Assembly: GCF_036365525.1 (NCBI RefSeq)
Contig: NC_090411.1
Coordinates: 31,946,432-32,010,431 of the forward strand
Direction of reading: 5' to 3'
Length of the DNA stretch: 64,000 bases
Origin: Heterodontus francisci
Taxonomy: Eukaryota
Both the position numbers and the translations under genes were made by a program. The notes beneath the pieces are model-generated. The model did no database searches. It had not been told where the DNA came from and saw nothing but the letters and a program-made list of their open reading frames with translations. This document shows positions 47,801 through 64,000 of the stretch, piece by piece (the stretch's first letter is position 1; each line of letters starts with the position of its first letter).

Positions 47801-50587
47801 ATGATGGCATCTCAAGTGTGTCAGAACTACCACAAGGACTGTGAAGATGCTGTTAACAAGCAAATCAACCTGGAGCTCTATTCCTCCTATGTTTATCTTT
47901 CCATGGTGTGTATTGTTTTCTTGGGGTTCTGTTTCAAAGTTAAGACTGGGATTTCAATGTATTTTGAGTAGATAGAATTTCTGTAGGTCTCACAGCTCCA
48001 GCGACCTGGGTTCAATTCTGGGTACTGCCTGTGTCGAGTTTGCAAGTTCTCCCTGTGTCTGCGTGGGTTTCCTCCAGGTGCTCCAGTTTCCTCCCATATG
48101 ACAAAGACTTGCAGGTTGATAGGTTAATTGGCCATTATAAATTGCCCCTAGTATAGGTCGGTGGTAGGGAAATATAGGGACAGGTGGAGATGTGGTAGGA
48201 ATATGGGATTAGTGTAGGATTAGTGTAAATGGGTGGTTGATGGTCAGCACAGACTCGGTAGGTCGAAGGGCCTGTTTCAGTGCTGTATTTCTAAACTTAA
48301 ACTAAATATTAATTGGGTTTATAATGTATCTTTCTAGTTCTCCTAGACTTAAATCAGTGAACACCCTTGAAACAGGGACTCTATTCCTTGCTCTGTAATA
48401 TTTATGTCCAGTTTTGAAAGTAACTCCAAAGTTCCGCGTGGTTTCCAATAGAGGATTCACGATCATGTATAAACCTATTCAACTTGAATGGCAACAATTA
48501 CGTTTAGTGACTAGTTAGTGGAACACTGTCTTTCCCCCTTTGTAAATGAGTAAATCCTGTGGTGCTGAATTCTTTTGTTTGAGTAATGAATTTGCATGAA
48601 GCAGTAATTGAAAAGTCTCATTCAGTCCAATAAGACTTTTAGATCACTTGTCTCTTCATTGGTGGACGAAGGATGTCCTGCTGATAAATGTAGTTTAAAT
48701 GCTGAAATGAAACTTGGATCCAAATAGTGTTACTGCTTTTAGTAATGTCACTGGGAGGAGCATTTCATCACGGTTAGTATTTTACAATATTAACTTGAAA
48801 AACCAAGCCCCTTAATTGAAGAAAATTCTTTTGAGATAAAGAATGGATGATTTACCAGGATGTTATTTTTAACATGACCATGAATAAGATTTGGGTCTGA
48901 CCTCTCCCTTTCCATTTTGCCTCTACCTGCAGTCCTATTATTTTGACCGGGATGATGTTGCCCTGTGTCACTTTGCTGAGTTCTTCAAGGAGCAGTCACA
49001 TGAGGAACGGGAGCACGCTGAGAAACTGATGAAATTCCAGAATAAACGTGGAGGCCGGATCATCTTGGAGGACATCAAGGTTAGATTTAATAAGCCGCTC
49101 CCTTCAACAGATTGGACTGCAGTTTTGATTCGATAGGATAAAAGCAAAATACTGCAGATGCTGGAAATCTGAAATAAAACCAAGAAATGCTGGAACCACT
49201 CAGCAGGTCTGGCAGCATCTGTGGAAAGAGAAGCAGAGTTAACGTTTTGGGTCGGTGACCCTTCTTCGGAAATCCGGAATGTTAACTCTGCTTCTCTTTC
49301 CACAGATGCTGCCAGACCTGCTGAGTGGTTCCAGCATTTCTTGTTTTTATTTCAGATTTCCAGCATCTGCAGTATTTTGCTTTCATCCTATGTTCCTTTA
49401 TTCTAATGTCAGTACTCAATCTAGAGTTTAATGAGTAAAATTTCTAGTGTTGGTGAGTTGGTATGACTGACCTTTGTCTCCTATATTTATAAAATCAATA
49501 AATGGATTTTCAGAAGGAACAACGTCTGCTTTGTCAACCATTGGCTGAAACATACAGTGCTTAACTAGGTAACAGTCTTGAGAATTTGGGCCACAGCTGT
49601 AGATGTCCCTTAGATGTAGTTGAGGATTATGAAGGAGAAAAAGAAAATTTAGCATATTTGGGGGAATTGGGATCAGAGCTTTGGCCAAAAATGGCAGTGC
49701 AGAGGCAATGAACTGATCCAGTGTCCTGTAATGGTCTGTCAACCCAGTGATTAAACCCCATCCCTCATAGTATTGGGGTGCACAGATTGCCTTTGCTGCT
49801 AACATTGTTGACCTTGAGCATAACATCCCTTGGACTTTGCACTCCCACTAACAGGACCACTATTTTGTTCCAGAAGCCAGAGCAGGATGAGTGGAGCAAT
49901 GGTCTGGAGGCAATGCAGAGAGCTCTGCAGATGGAGAAGGATGTGAACCAGAGTCTGCTGGATCTGCACAAACTCTCCACTGGCAACAGTGACCCTCATG
50001 TAAGTTAATATTGGAATGAGCTTCCAGGTTTGAAGGTGATGATTAGAATCTGCCTTTAACTCTGGTAGCATTCCATAAGTTTTTTTTTTTGTCTTCATAT
50101 TTAAAAACCAAGACATCCACACTAGATCTGGATCACTGAACAGTTTGCAAGGTACTTGGTTTCTCTGGCATCAATCTTGACTTGACTCCCAGTTTAATGG
50201 AATTGATTTGCCACATGTGGGTAAATTTAGGCTTTGTCTGGCTAAATATATCCACAGAATCTGAATGATTTTCCTTCTGTGCTGACCACTTGGCCCACTG
50301 CCTGTGCTTCTTTCTCTCGAAAGTCTCGCTCCCATGTGCAGTACTTGTGCTATTATCCCAGTGCAAATAAAAATCTTATCCAATGAAGATTCTTGCTTTT
50401 TTTAAGCTAACTATACTCACCTGTTTCTCTTATGTTCTAGTTGTGTGACTTCCTGGAGACTCACTACTTGGATGAGCAAGTGAAGATGATCAAGAAGCTT
50501 GGAGATCACACCACCAACCTGAAGAGACTGGGAGCTCCTGACAATGGCATGGGAGAGTACCTGTTTGACAAACACACGCTGAGTTAA
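47801..50587 (+). CDS. fth1: Ferritin heavy-chain-like gene G8 (sister of G5), intact ORF; exons 47801-47905, 48933-49079, 49874-49999, 50441-50587
   Basis: Open frame to TAA. Variants VALCHF, GNSDPH, DHTTNL. Shares the intron-1 SINE, intron-2 palindrome and TACAAATA box with G5. Confidence 0.92.
47989..48306 (+). mobile_element. 5'-truncated HE1/V-SINE in G8 intron 1
   Basis: Same site and truncation as in G5. Confidence 0.88.
49133..49391. mobile_element. About 259-bp palindromic insertion in G8 intron 2 (probable Penelope-like)
   Basis: ataggataaaagcaaaatactgcagatgctgg...ccagcatctgcagtattttgctttcatcctat; sister of 31392-31646. Confidence 0.7.
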
Positions 50588-51840
50588 TTAGGGTTCTGCA
50601 ACTATTAGTTCTGTACTTGCTGAATGCTTTTTGATTGCCAGTTTTCTCGTCTCTTGCTGTATATGGAAATAAAAGTATTTATAATGGATCTGATCTTTGT
50701 ATAATTCAATAACTGATTTGATTATTCAGATCATTATGCCGAGTTATATACTGATTCCATTTAAACATTTCCCTCTCCCTGGCCAGCCTCCCAAACTTGG
50801 TTCAATGCCTTCCGAGGATAACTTACTCACATCTCCCAATTTTCATCGAGAAGCTTGTAGAGGATATCTGAAATATGCAGCTTCTGCTGCAGCCATGTTC
50901 TTGCTGCTGTAGGTGAAGTAGCATGAACTTGTGAAATATGGGGAAAGGATACCCAATTTCTACCTGCATGTGACCTTTATGTCCACTTTTAGACAAGAAT
51001 TAACCACCTTTAATCTGCCATTTGATTAACTAATATCTGTATCCCTATTCACCAAAAGGGTATGTTTACCAATGTCTCGCCTCAGTACAGGGAGATGCTT
51101 GGATGAGGTAGTAGGAGACCCTTACGAATTGAGCTCATAAATCTTCCCTCATAACAGTCCTGCACTTTGCCGACAGTGTACTGTGATCTTACAGGTCTTA
51201 AATTCCATGGGGATTGTGCTCCATCGCTCCAGCGTTATGTGGAGCAACAACGATCACTTTAAAGCTTCTCCATTTTCTATTTCCCTAATTTGCTGGTTAG
51301 GTTGCAGAGTCAGTGTGGATCACTTTCCATCTATTGTGGTCAAGATTGGTATCCCTGGCTTGGTCTAGACCCACCTGGGGGTGCATCAACTTTCCAAGTC
51401 ATCTAAATTTGGATCCAATTGTGCAAAATGGAATTTCCATTAACAAACTCATACAATTACATTATTAATTACTGACTCTGAACAGATTCAGTTTGAGGAA
51501 AGCCAATATCAAACACATCACGGACATGGTTCAACACAAGAGATGAGGAAAAATGGAAGCCTGTGCAATTGGAGGAAATCTTTATTTATGGGTGGAGATT
51601 TGGTTTTCAGATGGGAGACAGAGTAGGGATAATGGGTGTGTACTCCAAACTATGGCTCGTCATCCTTTCCCGGGATCTATACTGTGGCTTCAGCTTTTCA
51701 TTATATTTATAAATGATATCGATGAAGGAATAGAGTGCAGGATATGCAGGTTTTCTGATGCCACTATGTTGGGTGGCACAGTTAGTGTAAATTGGAGCAG
51801 GAATTTGCAAAGGGACATTGATAGAGTAAGTGAGTGTGAA

Positions 51841-52161
51841 AATAGGACTGCAGGTAGAGACAAAAAAAAAATTGAAGAAAGCCAGGTCACATCCAAAATT
51901 CCCTCCATGGTCACATCAAAAATGGTGGCAGTATCATAGATGAAATACCCATTCATAACTTCAATACCTTGCTTTTGAAAGCATTTACAGTTTAAGGGAG
52001 AAAGTATGATTCTTACACAAAGCACAATTGGCTTCATTAATCTTTTCTGAAAAGGTTGAAAGTCCCTCCTCATGAAGTAGAAACAAGGCAAGTGGCTAAA
52101 ATTAGACAAGAGGGATCCATGATATTTTTTGGTAGAATCTATTAGAGGTCCAAGTGCAGGT
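51841..52161 (-). pseudogene. Inverted remnant of a G6-type ferritin gene (3' part of intron 1, splice acceptor, first 7 nt of exon 2)
   Basis: Reverse complement matches about 35652-35977 (cctgcacttggacctctaatag...ctacctgcag/tcctatt). Confidence 0.9.
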
Positions 52162-52840
52162 AGGAAACCGAGAGTAGAGATAATGGGTCTGTACTCTAAT
52201 TGGCAGGCTACGATGAGTCATCTCTCCCAGGGATCTGTACCTGGGCCTCAGTTTTTCATTACATTTTTAAATGACATGAAGGAATCGAGAGCCATATATC
52301 CAAGTTTGCTAATGACACTAAGTTACTTAGGTGGAGTAAATTGGAGCAGAAAATTGAAAAGCGACATTGATAGATTGTGAGTAGCCAAAAGTGTGATCGA
52401 TAAATTTCAATGTCAGAGCGAGGACAGAGAGACATAAATCAGAATATTTTCCAAATGGTGAGGAGCTAGGAACTGTGGAGGAGCAGAGAGAGTTAGGGGT
52501 CCGTGTAAATTACTAAAAGCTAGTGGACTAGTACATAAATGAATTAAAATGTCTAATAGTCTGTTAGTCTTCATCTCAAGGAGTCTGTAAAACATAGGGT
52601 GGAGGTTATTGTATATTTGTATAAAGCCCTGGTTAGATCACATCTGGAGTACTGTGTTCAGCTTTGATATATTGACCTTGGTGGGAGTGCAGCACAGATT
52701 CACCAGAATGATACCAGGGATAAAAGGGTTAAATTACGAGGACAGTTTGCATGAATGACTTTTGTATTTTTCAAGTATAGAAGAGTAAAGAATTATTATA
52801 ATTGATATGTTGAACATGAATAATAGATATGATAAGGTAT

Positions 52841-53844
52841 CGTTGTGATGGTGTTGCTATATTTCTCGTTGGTTTTTGTTGAGGACTCATATTTTAGATT
52901 TATGGACATTGTTTTATTTTGGGAAAATTGAAAAGGATTGTATGGATTTTTTTTCACTGGGGTCATTGAAAGGGCACTGAGAGGACTTGTTGTAAACAAC
53001 ACTCACTGGAAGTTACCTGTCTTCAGATAAATATCAGCAGGGGCTTTTTGACTTGGAGAAGATATTTACAGAGAAGTGACAGGTCAAAATGTACAGGGGT
53101 CAGGAGGCTTGACTCTCGAGATATTGTTTTTGGTTTTGCTTTGAACTGTGTATTGGGATATAAACTGTTTCAAGGCAATTGGAGAAAACCAGCCAAGAGA
53201 GCAGTCACCATCAGCATCCTCTTCCATCTTTTTGAGAACTTCCTGTGAATTAAGTGTAGGAAATAGAGAAACTGATGCTGCATGTCTCCTGAAAAGGCTG
53301 CCAGAAACCCCTGACGGTGCATCTCACCTGGAACACCAGCCAAACTGATCTTCAATGTCGCCTGAAAAGAACTATTCTGGAAAGATCCCAGTGGCAGCAG
53401 TCTAAGGGTATTTAGGACGGAAAAACAAAAAAGGGACAACTGACATCTTTCCATATCTTCTCTTTTATCTGCAAGAATTAGCAAGTATCAGGCCAAAGTA
53501 TTCCTTTTTGTCTTTTTTTTGTAACAGAGTTCTAAAAAGAAAATCTTTTTTTTTCTGGTTCTCCAGTGTGTGTGTGTATGTTTGTGTGAGGGGCTAGGGT
53601 AAAAGGGAACTTTCATTTTTCAATCGGTGTGTTATTGCTTTGCTTTGTTACTGGTTAATTCTTGTTTTATAATAAATTGATAATTTTGTTATTAAATAAA
53701 CCTGGTTAGTCTATTTATACTGGGGTAAAAATAGAGTATATGATTGACCAAATCAGTAACTGGGTAAACATTTAAATACATGTTGTGACCTGTGGAGAAG
53801 CGGGATTAGAAAAAAATTGCACTCCTCCCACCTCAGTCCAAACA
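52841..53844. mobile_element. Solo-LTR-like element without MITE
   Basis: Near-identical to 39140-40143. Confidence 0.7.
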
Positions 53845-54396
53845 GAAAATACAGAGGAACAATTTTCTCTGGTGACATAGTCCAGGACAAGGGGTATAAT
53901 CTTAAAATTAGAGCTAGACCATTCAGGGGTGATGTCAGGAAGCATTTTTTCACAAAAAGTGAAATGAAAAGCCGGAACTGTCTCCCCCAAAATGTTGAAA
54001 TCAATTAAATATTTCAAAAGTGAGATTTTTGTCAGGTTTGGGTATGAAGGAATATGGATCCAATGCAGGCAAAATGCATTTAGATACAAACCATGATCTA
54101 ATTGAATGGTGGAACAGGCTTGAGGGGCTGATTGGCCTCCTCCTGTTCCTATGTTCCAATCACAGTCTAATCATCCAAACCTGCCTGAATTCCACAGCTC
54201 TCATTGTCTCTGGGTCCACCCCCACAACCCGTCTACATTGTTAATTGGTGCCTGGATTCATGAGCGATTCCTGACTGGCTACCTGGAATTGTCAATCATC
54301 ATTAATGATGTCATTCCCTGTTTGAATGCAGGCTGTCCCAGTAGCATAAATACAAGAGCTTGGGTAGGAAGCAGTTATATTGTTGTTTGAGCTTAG

Positions 54397-57007
<2,611 letters not shown>

Positions 57008-59177
57008 TTGGGGTTCTGCAACAATTAGTTCTATACTTTCTGAATTCTTTTTGATTGCCAGTTTTCTCATCTCTTGCTGTATATAGAAATAAAAGTATTT
57101 ATCATGGATCTGATCTTTGTATAATTCAATAGCTGACTTGATTATTCAGATCATTATGCCTAGTTATATAATGATTCCATTTAAACCTTTCCCTGGCCAG
57201 CCTCCCAAACTTGGTTCAATGCCTTCTGAGGATAACTTACTCACATCTCCCAATTTTCATCGAGAAGCTTGGAGAGGATATCGGAAATATGCAGTTTCTG
57301 CGACAGAAGTGTTCTTGCTGCTGTAGGTGAAGTAGCATGAACTTGTGGAATATGGGGAAAAGATACCCAATTTCTACCTGCATATGACCTTTTTGTCCAC
57401 TTATTATAGACAAGAATTAACCACCTTTAATCTGCCATTTGATTAACTAATATCTGTACCCCTAATTCACCTAAAGGGTATGTTTACCAATGTCTAGCCT
57501 CAGTACAGGGAGATGCTTGGGTGAGGTAGTAGGAGACCCCTACGAGTTGACCTCCTAAATCTTCCCTCATAATAGTCTTGCACGTTGCAGAAAGTGCACT
57601 GCGACTTTACAGGTCTTAAATTCCATGGGGATTGTGCTCCATCTCTCCAGCGTTATGTGGAGCAACAATGATCACTTTAAAGCTTCTCCATTTTCTATTT
57701 CCCTAATTTGCTGGTTAGGTTGCAGAGTCAGTGTGGATCACTTTCCATCTATTGTGGGCAAGATTGGTATCCCTGGCTTGGTCTAGACCCACCTGGAATA
57801 CATCAATTTTCCAAGCCATCTTAATTTGGACCCAACTGTGCAAAATGGAATTTCCATTAACCAACTCATACAATTACATTATTAATTACTGACTCTGAAC
57901 AGATTCAGTTTGAAGAACGCCAATATCAAATACATCATTGACAAGGTTCAACACAAGAGGTTAGGGAAAAATGGAAGCCTGTGCAATTGGAGGAAATCTT
58001 TCACTGGGTGGAGATTTGGTTTTTGAGGTGGGAGACAGAGAGTAGGGATAATGGGTATGTACTCCAAACTATGGCTCGTCATCCTTTCCTGGGATCTATA
58101 CTGTGGCTTCAGCTTTTCATTATATTTATAAATGATATCGATGAAGGAATAGAGTGCAGGATATGCAGGTTTTCTGATGCCACTATGTTGGGTGGCACAG
58201 TTAGTGTAAACTGGAGCAGGAATTTGCAAAGGGACGCTGATAGAGTAAGTGAGTGTGAAAAATTATGAATGATGGAGTTTAATGTGAAGTTAAGGTTCCA
58301 TGGACAGAAATTAATCAAAACCAGTGGACCAAAACAAAACAAATTGAAAAAACAAAATCAATGTTCATCTCTCACGAGGGCTGAAAATCAAAGTGGTGGA
58401 GGTTATGTTACAGTTGTATAAAGCTCAGGGTTAACCACATCTGAAGTACTGTGTTCATTTTGATCTGTTGGCCTTGGTGGGGGAACAGCACCAATTCACC
58501 AGAATGATACTCAGGCTAAATGATAAGGTCACTTTGCACTGACTGGTATGTATTCCTTCGTGTATTGAAGATTAAGTGATGATTATAATTGAGCTGTTGA
58601 AGATAATTAATGGGTTTAATAACGTAGATAGAGAGAAACTATTTTCTCTGGGACAGGGCTTCATCTTCAGATTAGGCAATTCAGGGATGATATTGGAAAG
58701 CATTTCTTCACAACATGGGAAAATAGAAATCTGGAACTCTCTTCCCCAAAATGGATCAAGTCAACATTCAAAATTGATGTTAGGTTTTTGTGAGTTAAGG
58801 TCATGAAATCATGAACCAAGGCAGGGAAATGGCATTAAGACACAGAGCAGCCATGATCTAATTGAATGGTGGAACAGACTTGAATTGGCCTCCTCCTGTT
58901 CCTTTGTTCCAATCACAGAATAATCTTGTAAATCAACCTGCACTCCACATCCCTGATTGGCTCTGGGTATCTCACCCCACCCGCTGCTCCTTAATTGGTG
59001 CCTCGAGGCATGGAGGATTCCTGACTGGCTATCAGGGATTGTCAATCATCATTGGTGATGTCATTCCCTGTTTGAATACAGGCTGATCCAGTTGCATAAA
59101 TACAAGAGCTTGTGAGGGAAGTGGTTAGATTGCTGTTGTTGTGTTTGATTTAACTTCTGTCAATATTAGAAGTGAAG

Positions 59178-61124
59178 ATGGTTTCCCAAGTGTGACAGAA
59201 CTACCACAAGGACTGTGAGGATGCTGTTAACAAGCAGATTAACCTGGAGCTCTATTCCTCCTATGTTTACCTGTCCATGGTGAGTTTTGTATGTTTTGGG
59301 GTCCTAATTCAAAATTCAGGCTGTGACTTCATTGTATGCTGTTGTTTAGTGAATTGGCTTTTGGATGTATCTCAATAGCTCTCCCGAGACTTAATCCAGT
59401 GGATTATATTTAATAGTAATTCTGTAGAAGGTCTCATTAACAGACTGCTCCCGGCTCTGTAGTTGTCTTATTCGGAGATATTTTATACCTGAAACCAGCT
59501 CCATGGTTCCATGAAGCTTGTAATTGAGGATTCATCTTGAAGTATTAACTTGGTCAAATTTGTAACTTGGATGACAACAATTAACTTTAATTGGGTGACT
59601 CGTGAGTGAAATATGGACTGGCTTTCTCTTTTTACTAATTGAGTGAAATTCTTTGAATCCTCTGTCACGGAACCTGGATCTTGGTACTTGATTGTGCCAA
59701 AATGTTGAACTGCTGAATCTGGAAGGTTTTACTTTTTTTTAATTTAAATCCCTGAATTGGGGAAAGGGATTGGTGAAGGAGGGGGGGGAGGGAAGAATGT
59801 CCCACTGAAATTTGAGCTTTCAACCTGCACTTGGACCTCTAATAGATTCTGCCAAAAAATATCATGTTTCCCTCTTGTCTAATTTTAGCCACTTGCCTTG
59901 TTTCTACTTCATGAGGAGGGACTTTCAACCTTTTCAGAAAAGATTAATGAAGCCAATTGTGCTTTGTGTAAGAATCATACTTTCTCCCTTAAACTGTAAA
60001 TGCTTTCAAAAGCAAGGTATTGAAGTCATGAATGGGTATTTCATCTACTATGATACAGCCACCATTTTTGATGTGACCATGGAGGGAATTTTGGATGTGA
60101 CCTGGCTTCTTCAATTTTTTTTTTTTGTCTCTACCTGCAGTCCTATTACTTTGATCGGGATGATGTTGCCCTGCGTCACTTTGCTGAGTTCTTCAAGGAG
60201 CAGTCACATGAGGAACGGGAGCACGCTGAGAAACTGATGAAATTCCAGAATAATCTTGGAGGACATCAAGGTTGGGTTTAATGAATGAGTGACCTCCTGT
60301 CTGGATCCCTGTAAATTGATGCTTTAGAAAGTATTTGAAAGAATTGATTCCATGGTTTAATGCAGTAATTGTATACATTTGTGACCCACTAGTTGCTTTT
60401 CCCCATTGTTCACCTTCTACTTTCTCATGCGTTTTTGTTTTAATCCATTGTAAGTGAACTGTCTGACTTTCCTCTTCAGAAGCCAGAGCAGGATGAGTGG
60501 AGCAATGGTCTGGAGGCAATGCAGAGAGCTCTGCAGATGGAGAAGGATGTGAACCAGAGTCTGCTGGATCTGCACAAACTCTCCACTGGCAACACTGACC
60601 CTCATGTAAGTTCCTAACATTGCAATTTTTCATGCATTGGTGATATTGGAATTTGCCCTGCACTCTACATTGGTAAACTTCTGTGTCAGTTTGTTTTTCA
60701 TTTTTAGATTTTTGTTTTTGGGCCAAGAAGCCATCTACGCTGTAGACCTGGATCATTAAACTGTTCCCAAGGCACTGTGTATCTGCAGCATCAAAATGTT
60801 TCTTGTGCAGTCCATTCCCTGTTTTATTAAAATTGGTTTGCCATTTTTGGGTAATTCTGCTCTTGTCTAGTTAAATGTGCCCATGTCACACTGTCCCAAT
60901 TCCAAACCGGTGTAATTTCCCTTCTGGAGAAGATCCTCATTAAACACCTGTTTGGCATTTTCTATTTCATGTTCTAGTTGTGTGACTTCCTGGAGACTCT
61001 CTACTTGGAGGAGCAAGTGAAGATGATCAAGAAGCTAAGAGATCACATCACCAACCTGAAGAGACTGGGAGCCCCTGACAATGGCATGGGAGAGTACCTG
61101 TTTGACAAGCTCACCCTGAGTTGA
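59178..61124 (+). pseudogene. Ferritin pseudogene G10 (sister of G6); exons 59178-59279, 60141-60270, 60480-60605, 60978-61124
   Basis: TGA at codon 6 (59193-59195) plus a 17-nt frameshifting deletion in exon 2 near 60252 (exon is 130 nt rather than 147). Confidence 0.93.
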
Positions 61125-63291
61125 TTAGCATTATAGAACCATAGTTCTGTAATATTGGGAGAAATAAAATGTGATCCATTTCTGGTTATTATGTAGTTTT
61201 CTCATTTCTTGCTGTATGTGGAAATAAAAGTATTTATCATGGAGTGGTCTTTTGTTTTTCTTTGTATAGATAAGTAACTCATTTCATTATTCAGATTACC
61301 AAGATACCTAGCTGTCTAATATCTGGTTCCACTGCAACTTTACCATGCCTTTTGAGTTTTGCCCTCCTACATCCAGTTTCTGAGAACTGATTTCAATGTC
61401 TGCTTAGGATAGTTTGTTCACATCTTCCAATTTCACTGAAAAACCTGTCGGGAATATCTGAAATATGCAATTTTTATCACAAAGGTAGTTTCTTACATCT
61501 GCAGCTGAAATGTTGTGCAACATGAGAAAGGGATGCTGAATTTTGTTTTGACCCCCTGTTCTCATTGGAGCACAAGGCAATGCAGAGAGATTTGATAGAG
61601 ATGTGAAGATACTGACAGGGGAACAAAGGAAGATCTATTCCTGTTAACTGATTGTACAAGTACTTGGGACACACACGTAGGGGGTTTGGGCAAGAGATGA
61701 AGGAATAGTTGAGGTGAACCTTTTTTTTTAATGACCTGGAACATCCTGCAGCGAAAGCAAAAAATGACATCAAAAAGAAATTGGGTGAGCAGGTGGAGGC
61801 AAAAAAACTTGTAGGTGCGAGAGTAGGAGAATGGGACTGAATGCAGTGTACTGGTAACCAGAGACTCCGTGGACCGAATGGCCTCTTGTGTCATAGATGA
61901 CTGACATTATTCATTGTAAAATATTCACCATCTTAATCTGCCTCGTGGCCAGGTTGTCATTTGTTCAACCATTACTTGCACCCCTATTCACCAGGAGCCA
62001 TACTTACGAATGTCTGGGATGAGTGAGTGCAGAAATACTTGGGTCAGGTAGTTATAACACTCTATGTCAGGTTAAAATTTTCCCTCACAATCAAGTCTCA
62101 ATAGACTTCAGTTTTGCAGAAGCAACAACACAGGACTTTACAACTCCTAAATTCCCTGGGGCTTGACCTCCATGTTGCACTTAGACGGAGCAACAGAGTT
62201 CTGTTCGAAGCTCTCCACTTTTCATTTCCCCAACATGTCAGTTGGTTTGCAGATGTGCTGTGGAATGTTTCGGGCTGGACAATCTTTTTCAATATATTGT
62301 GGTTAGCATTGTTAGAATAGATTCATTCTACACCCATCAAACGCAGTGTCAATTCTCCAAGAGATGGATCTAATTGTGTTCAACACAAAATGAAGTTCCA
62401 TTTGCAGACTGCTGCAATTATGTTGACAAACTCTGAATCTGAGAACAGATTCGATCAGGTTCACTTTGAGAAAACTCCAAGAAGCCAACATCAAATACAT
62501 CATTGACAAGATTCTACTCAAGAGATTAGGAAAAACGGAAGCACGTGGAATTGCAGGAAACCTTTAAACATGGTTGTGGAGTTGGTTGGGAGGTAGGAAA
62601 CCGAGAGTAGAGATAATGGGTATGTACTCCAATTGGCAGGATACGACGAGTCATCTCTCCCAGGGATCTGTACCTGGGCCTCAGTTTTTCATTACATTTT
62701 TAAATGACATGAAGGAATCGAGAGCCATATATCCAAGTTTTCTAATGACACTAAGTTAGGTGTTACAGTAGGTAGAGTAATTTGGAGCAGAAAATTGAAA
62801 AGGGATGTTGATAGATTAGGTGAGTAGCCAAAACTATGATAGATGAATTTCAATGTCAGATAGAGCGAGGACAGAGAGACATAAATCAGAATATTTTCCA
62901 AATGGAGAGGAGCTAGGAACTGTGGAGGAGCAGAGAGAGTTAGGGGTCCGTGTACAGAAATTACTAAAAGCTAGTGGACTAGTACATAAATGAAGTAAAA
63001 TGTCTAATAGACTGTTAGTCTTCATCTCAAGGAGTCTGTAAAACATAGGGTGGAGGTTATGCTATATTTGTATAAAGCCCTGGTTAGATCACATCTGGAG
63101 TACTGTGTTCAGCTTTGACATATTGACCTTGGTGGGAGTGCAGCACAGATTCACCAGAATGATACCAGGGATAAAAGGGTTAAATTACGAGGACAGTTTG
63201 CATGAATGACTTTTGTATTTTTCAAGTATAGAAGAGTAAAGAATTATTATAATTGATATGTTGAACATGAATAATAGATATGATAAGGTAT

Positions 63292-64000
63292 CGTTGTGAC
63301 GGCGTTGCTATATTTCTCGTTGGTTTTTGTTGAGGACTCATATTTTACAATGATGGACATTGTTCTATTTTGGGAAAATTGAAAAGGATTGTATGGTTAT
63401 TTTTTCACTGGGGTCATTGAAAGGGCACTGAGAGGACTTATTGTAAACAACACTCACTGGAAGTTACCTGTCTTCAGATAAATATCAGCAGGGGCTTTTT
63501 GACTTGGAGACGATATTTACAGAGAAGTGACAGGTCAAAATGTACAGGGGTCAGGAGGCTTGACTCTTGAGATATTGTTTTTGGTTTTGCTTTGAACTGT
63601 GTATTGGGGTATAAGCTGTTTCAAGGCAATTGGAGAAAACCAGCCAAGAGAGCAGTCACCATCAGCATCCTCTTCCATCTTTTTGAGAACTTCCTGTGAA
63701 TTAAGTGTAAGAAATAGAGAAACTGATGCTGCATGTCTCCTGAAAAGGCTGCCAGAAACCCCTGATGGTGCATCTCACCTGGAAAACCAGCCAAACTGAT
63801 CTTCAATGTCGCCTGAAAAGAACTATTCTGGAAAGATCCCAGTGGCAGCCGCCTAAGGGTATTTGGGACACCAAACAAAAAAAGGGACAACTGACATCTT
63901 TCCATATCTTCTCTTTTATCTGCAAGAATTAGCAAGTATCAGGCCAAAGTATTCCTTTTTGTCTTGTTTTTATAACAGAGTTCTAAAAAGAAAATCTTTT
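63292..64000. mobile_element. Solo-LTR-like element, runs off the window
   Basis: Matches 39140-39850; implies another G7-type gene follows downstream. Confidence 0.7.

Overview
Eukaryotic (vertebrate, very probably shark/cartilaginous fish) genomic DNA; the lineage call rests on HE1/V-SINE, CR1, RTE and Penelope-type repeats. The whole window is a head-to-tail tandem array of ten 4-exon ferritin heavy-chain-like genes on the + strand (G1-G10), each encoding about 173-174 aa with phase-0 GT-AG introns. Seven copies have intact reading frames with the complete ferroxidase set (G1, G2, G3, G5, G7, G8, G9). Three are pseudogenes (G4, G6, G10), and an 11th copy survives only as a 320-bp inverted scar. 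Spacers consist of an old CR1 LINE whose 3' tail abuts each promoter, with nested solo LTR, hAT MITE and LINE insertions. The most interesting features are: (1) no copy has an iron-responsive element, but the short 5'UTR aligns to a decayed IRE; (2) every copy has lost the Arg equivalent to human FTH1 R23, the NCOA4/ferritinophagy contact. Together these suggest a dosage-amplified ferritin released from normal iron control (inference). Also present are exon-restricted homogenisation with intron/flank shuffling, a template-switch deletion of one gene, and an intronic 250-bp palindrome carrying a degenerate hammerhead-ribozyme core. All alignments were done by eye; repeat boundaries not fixed by a TSD or TIR are approximate.
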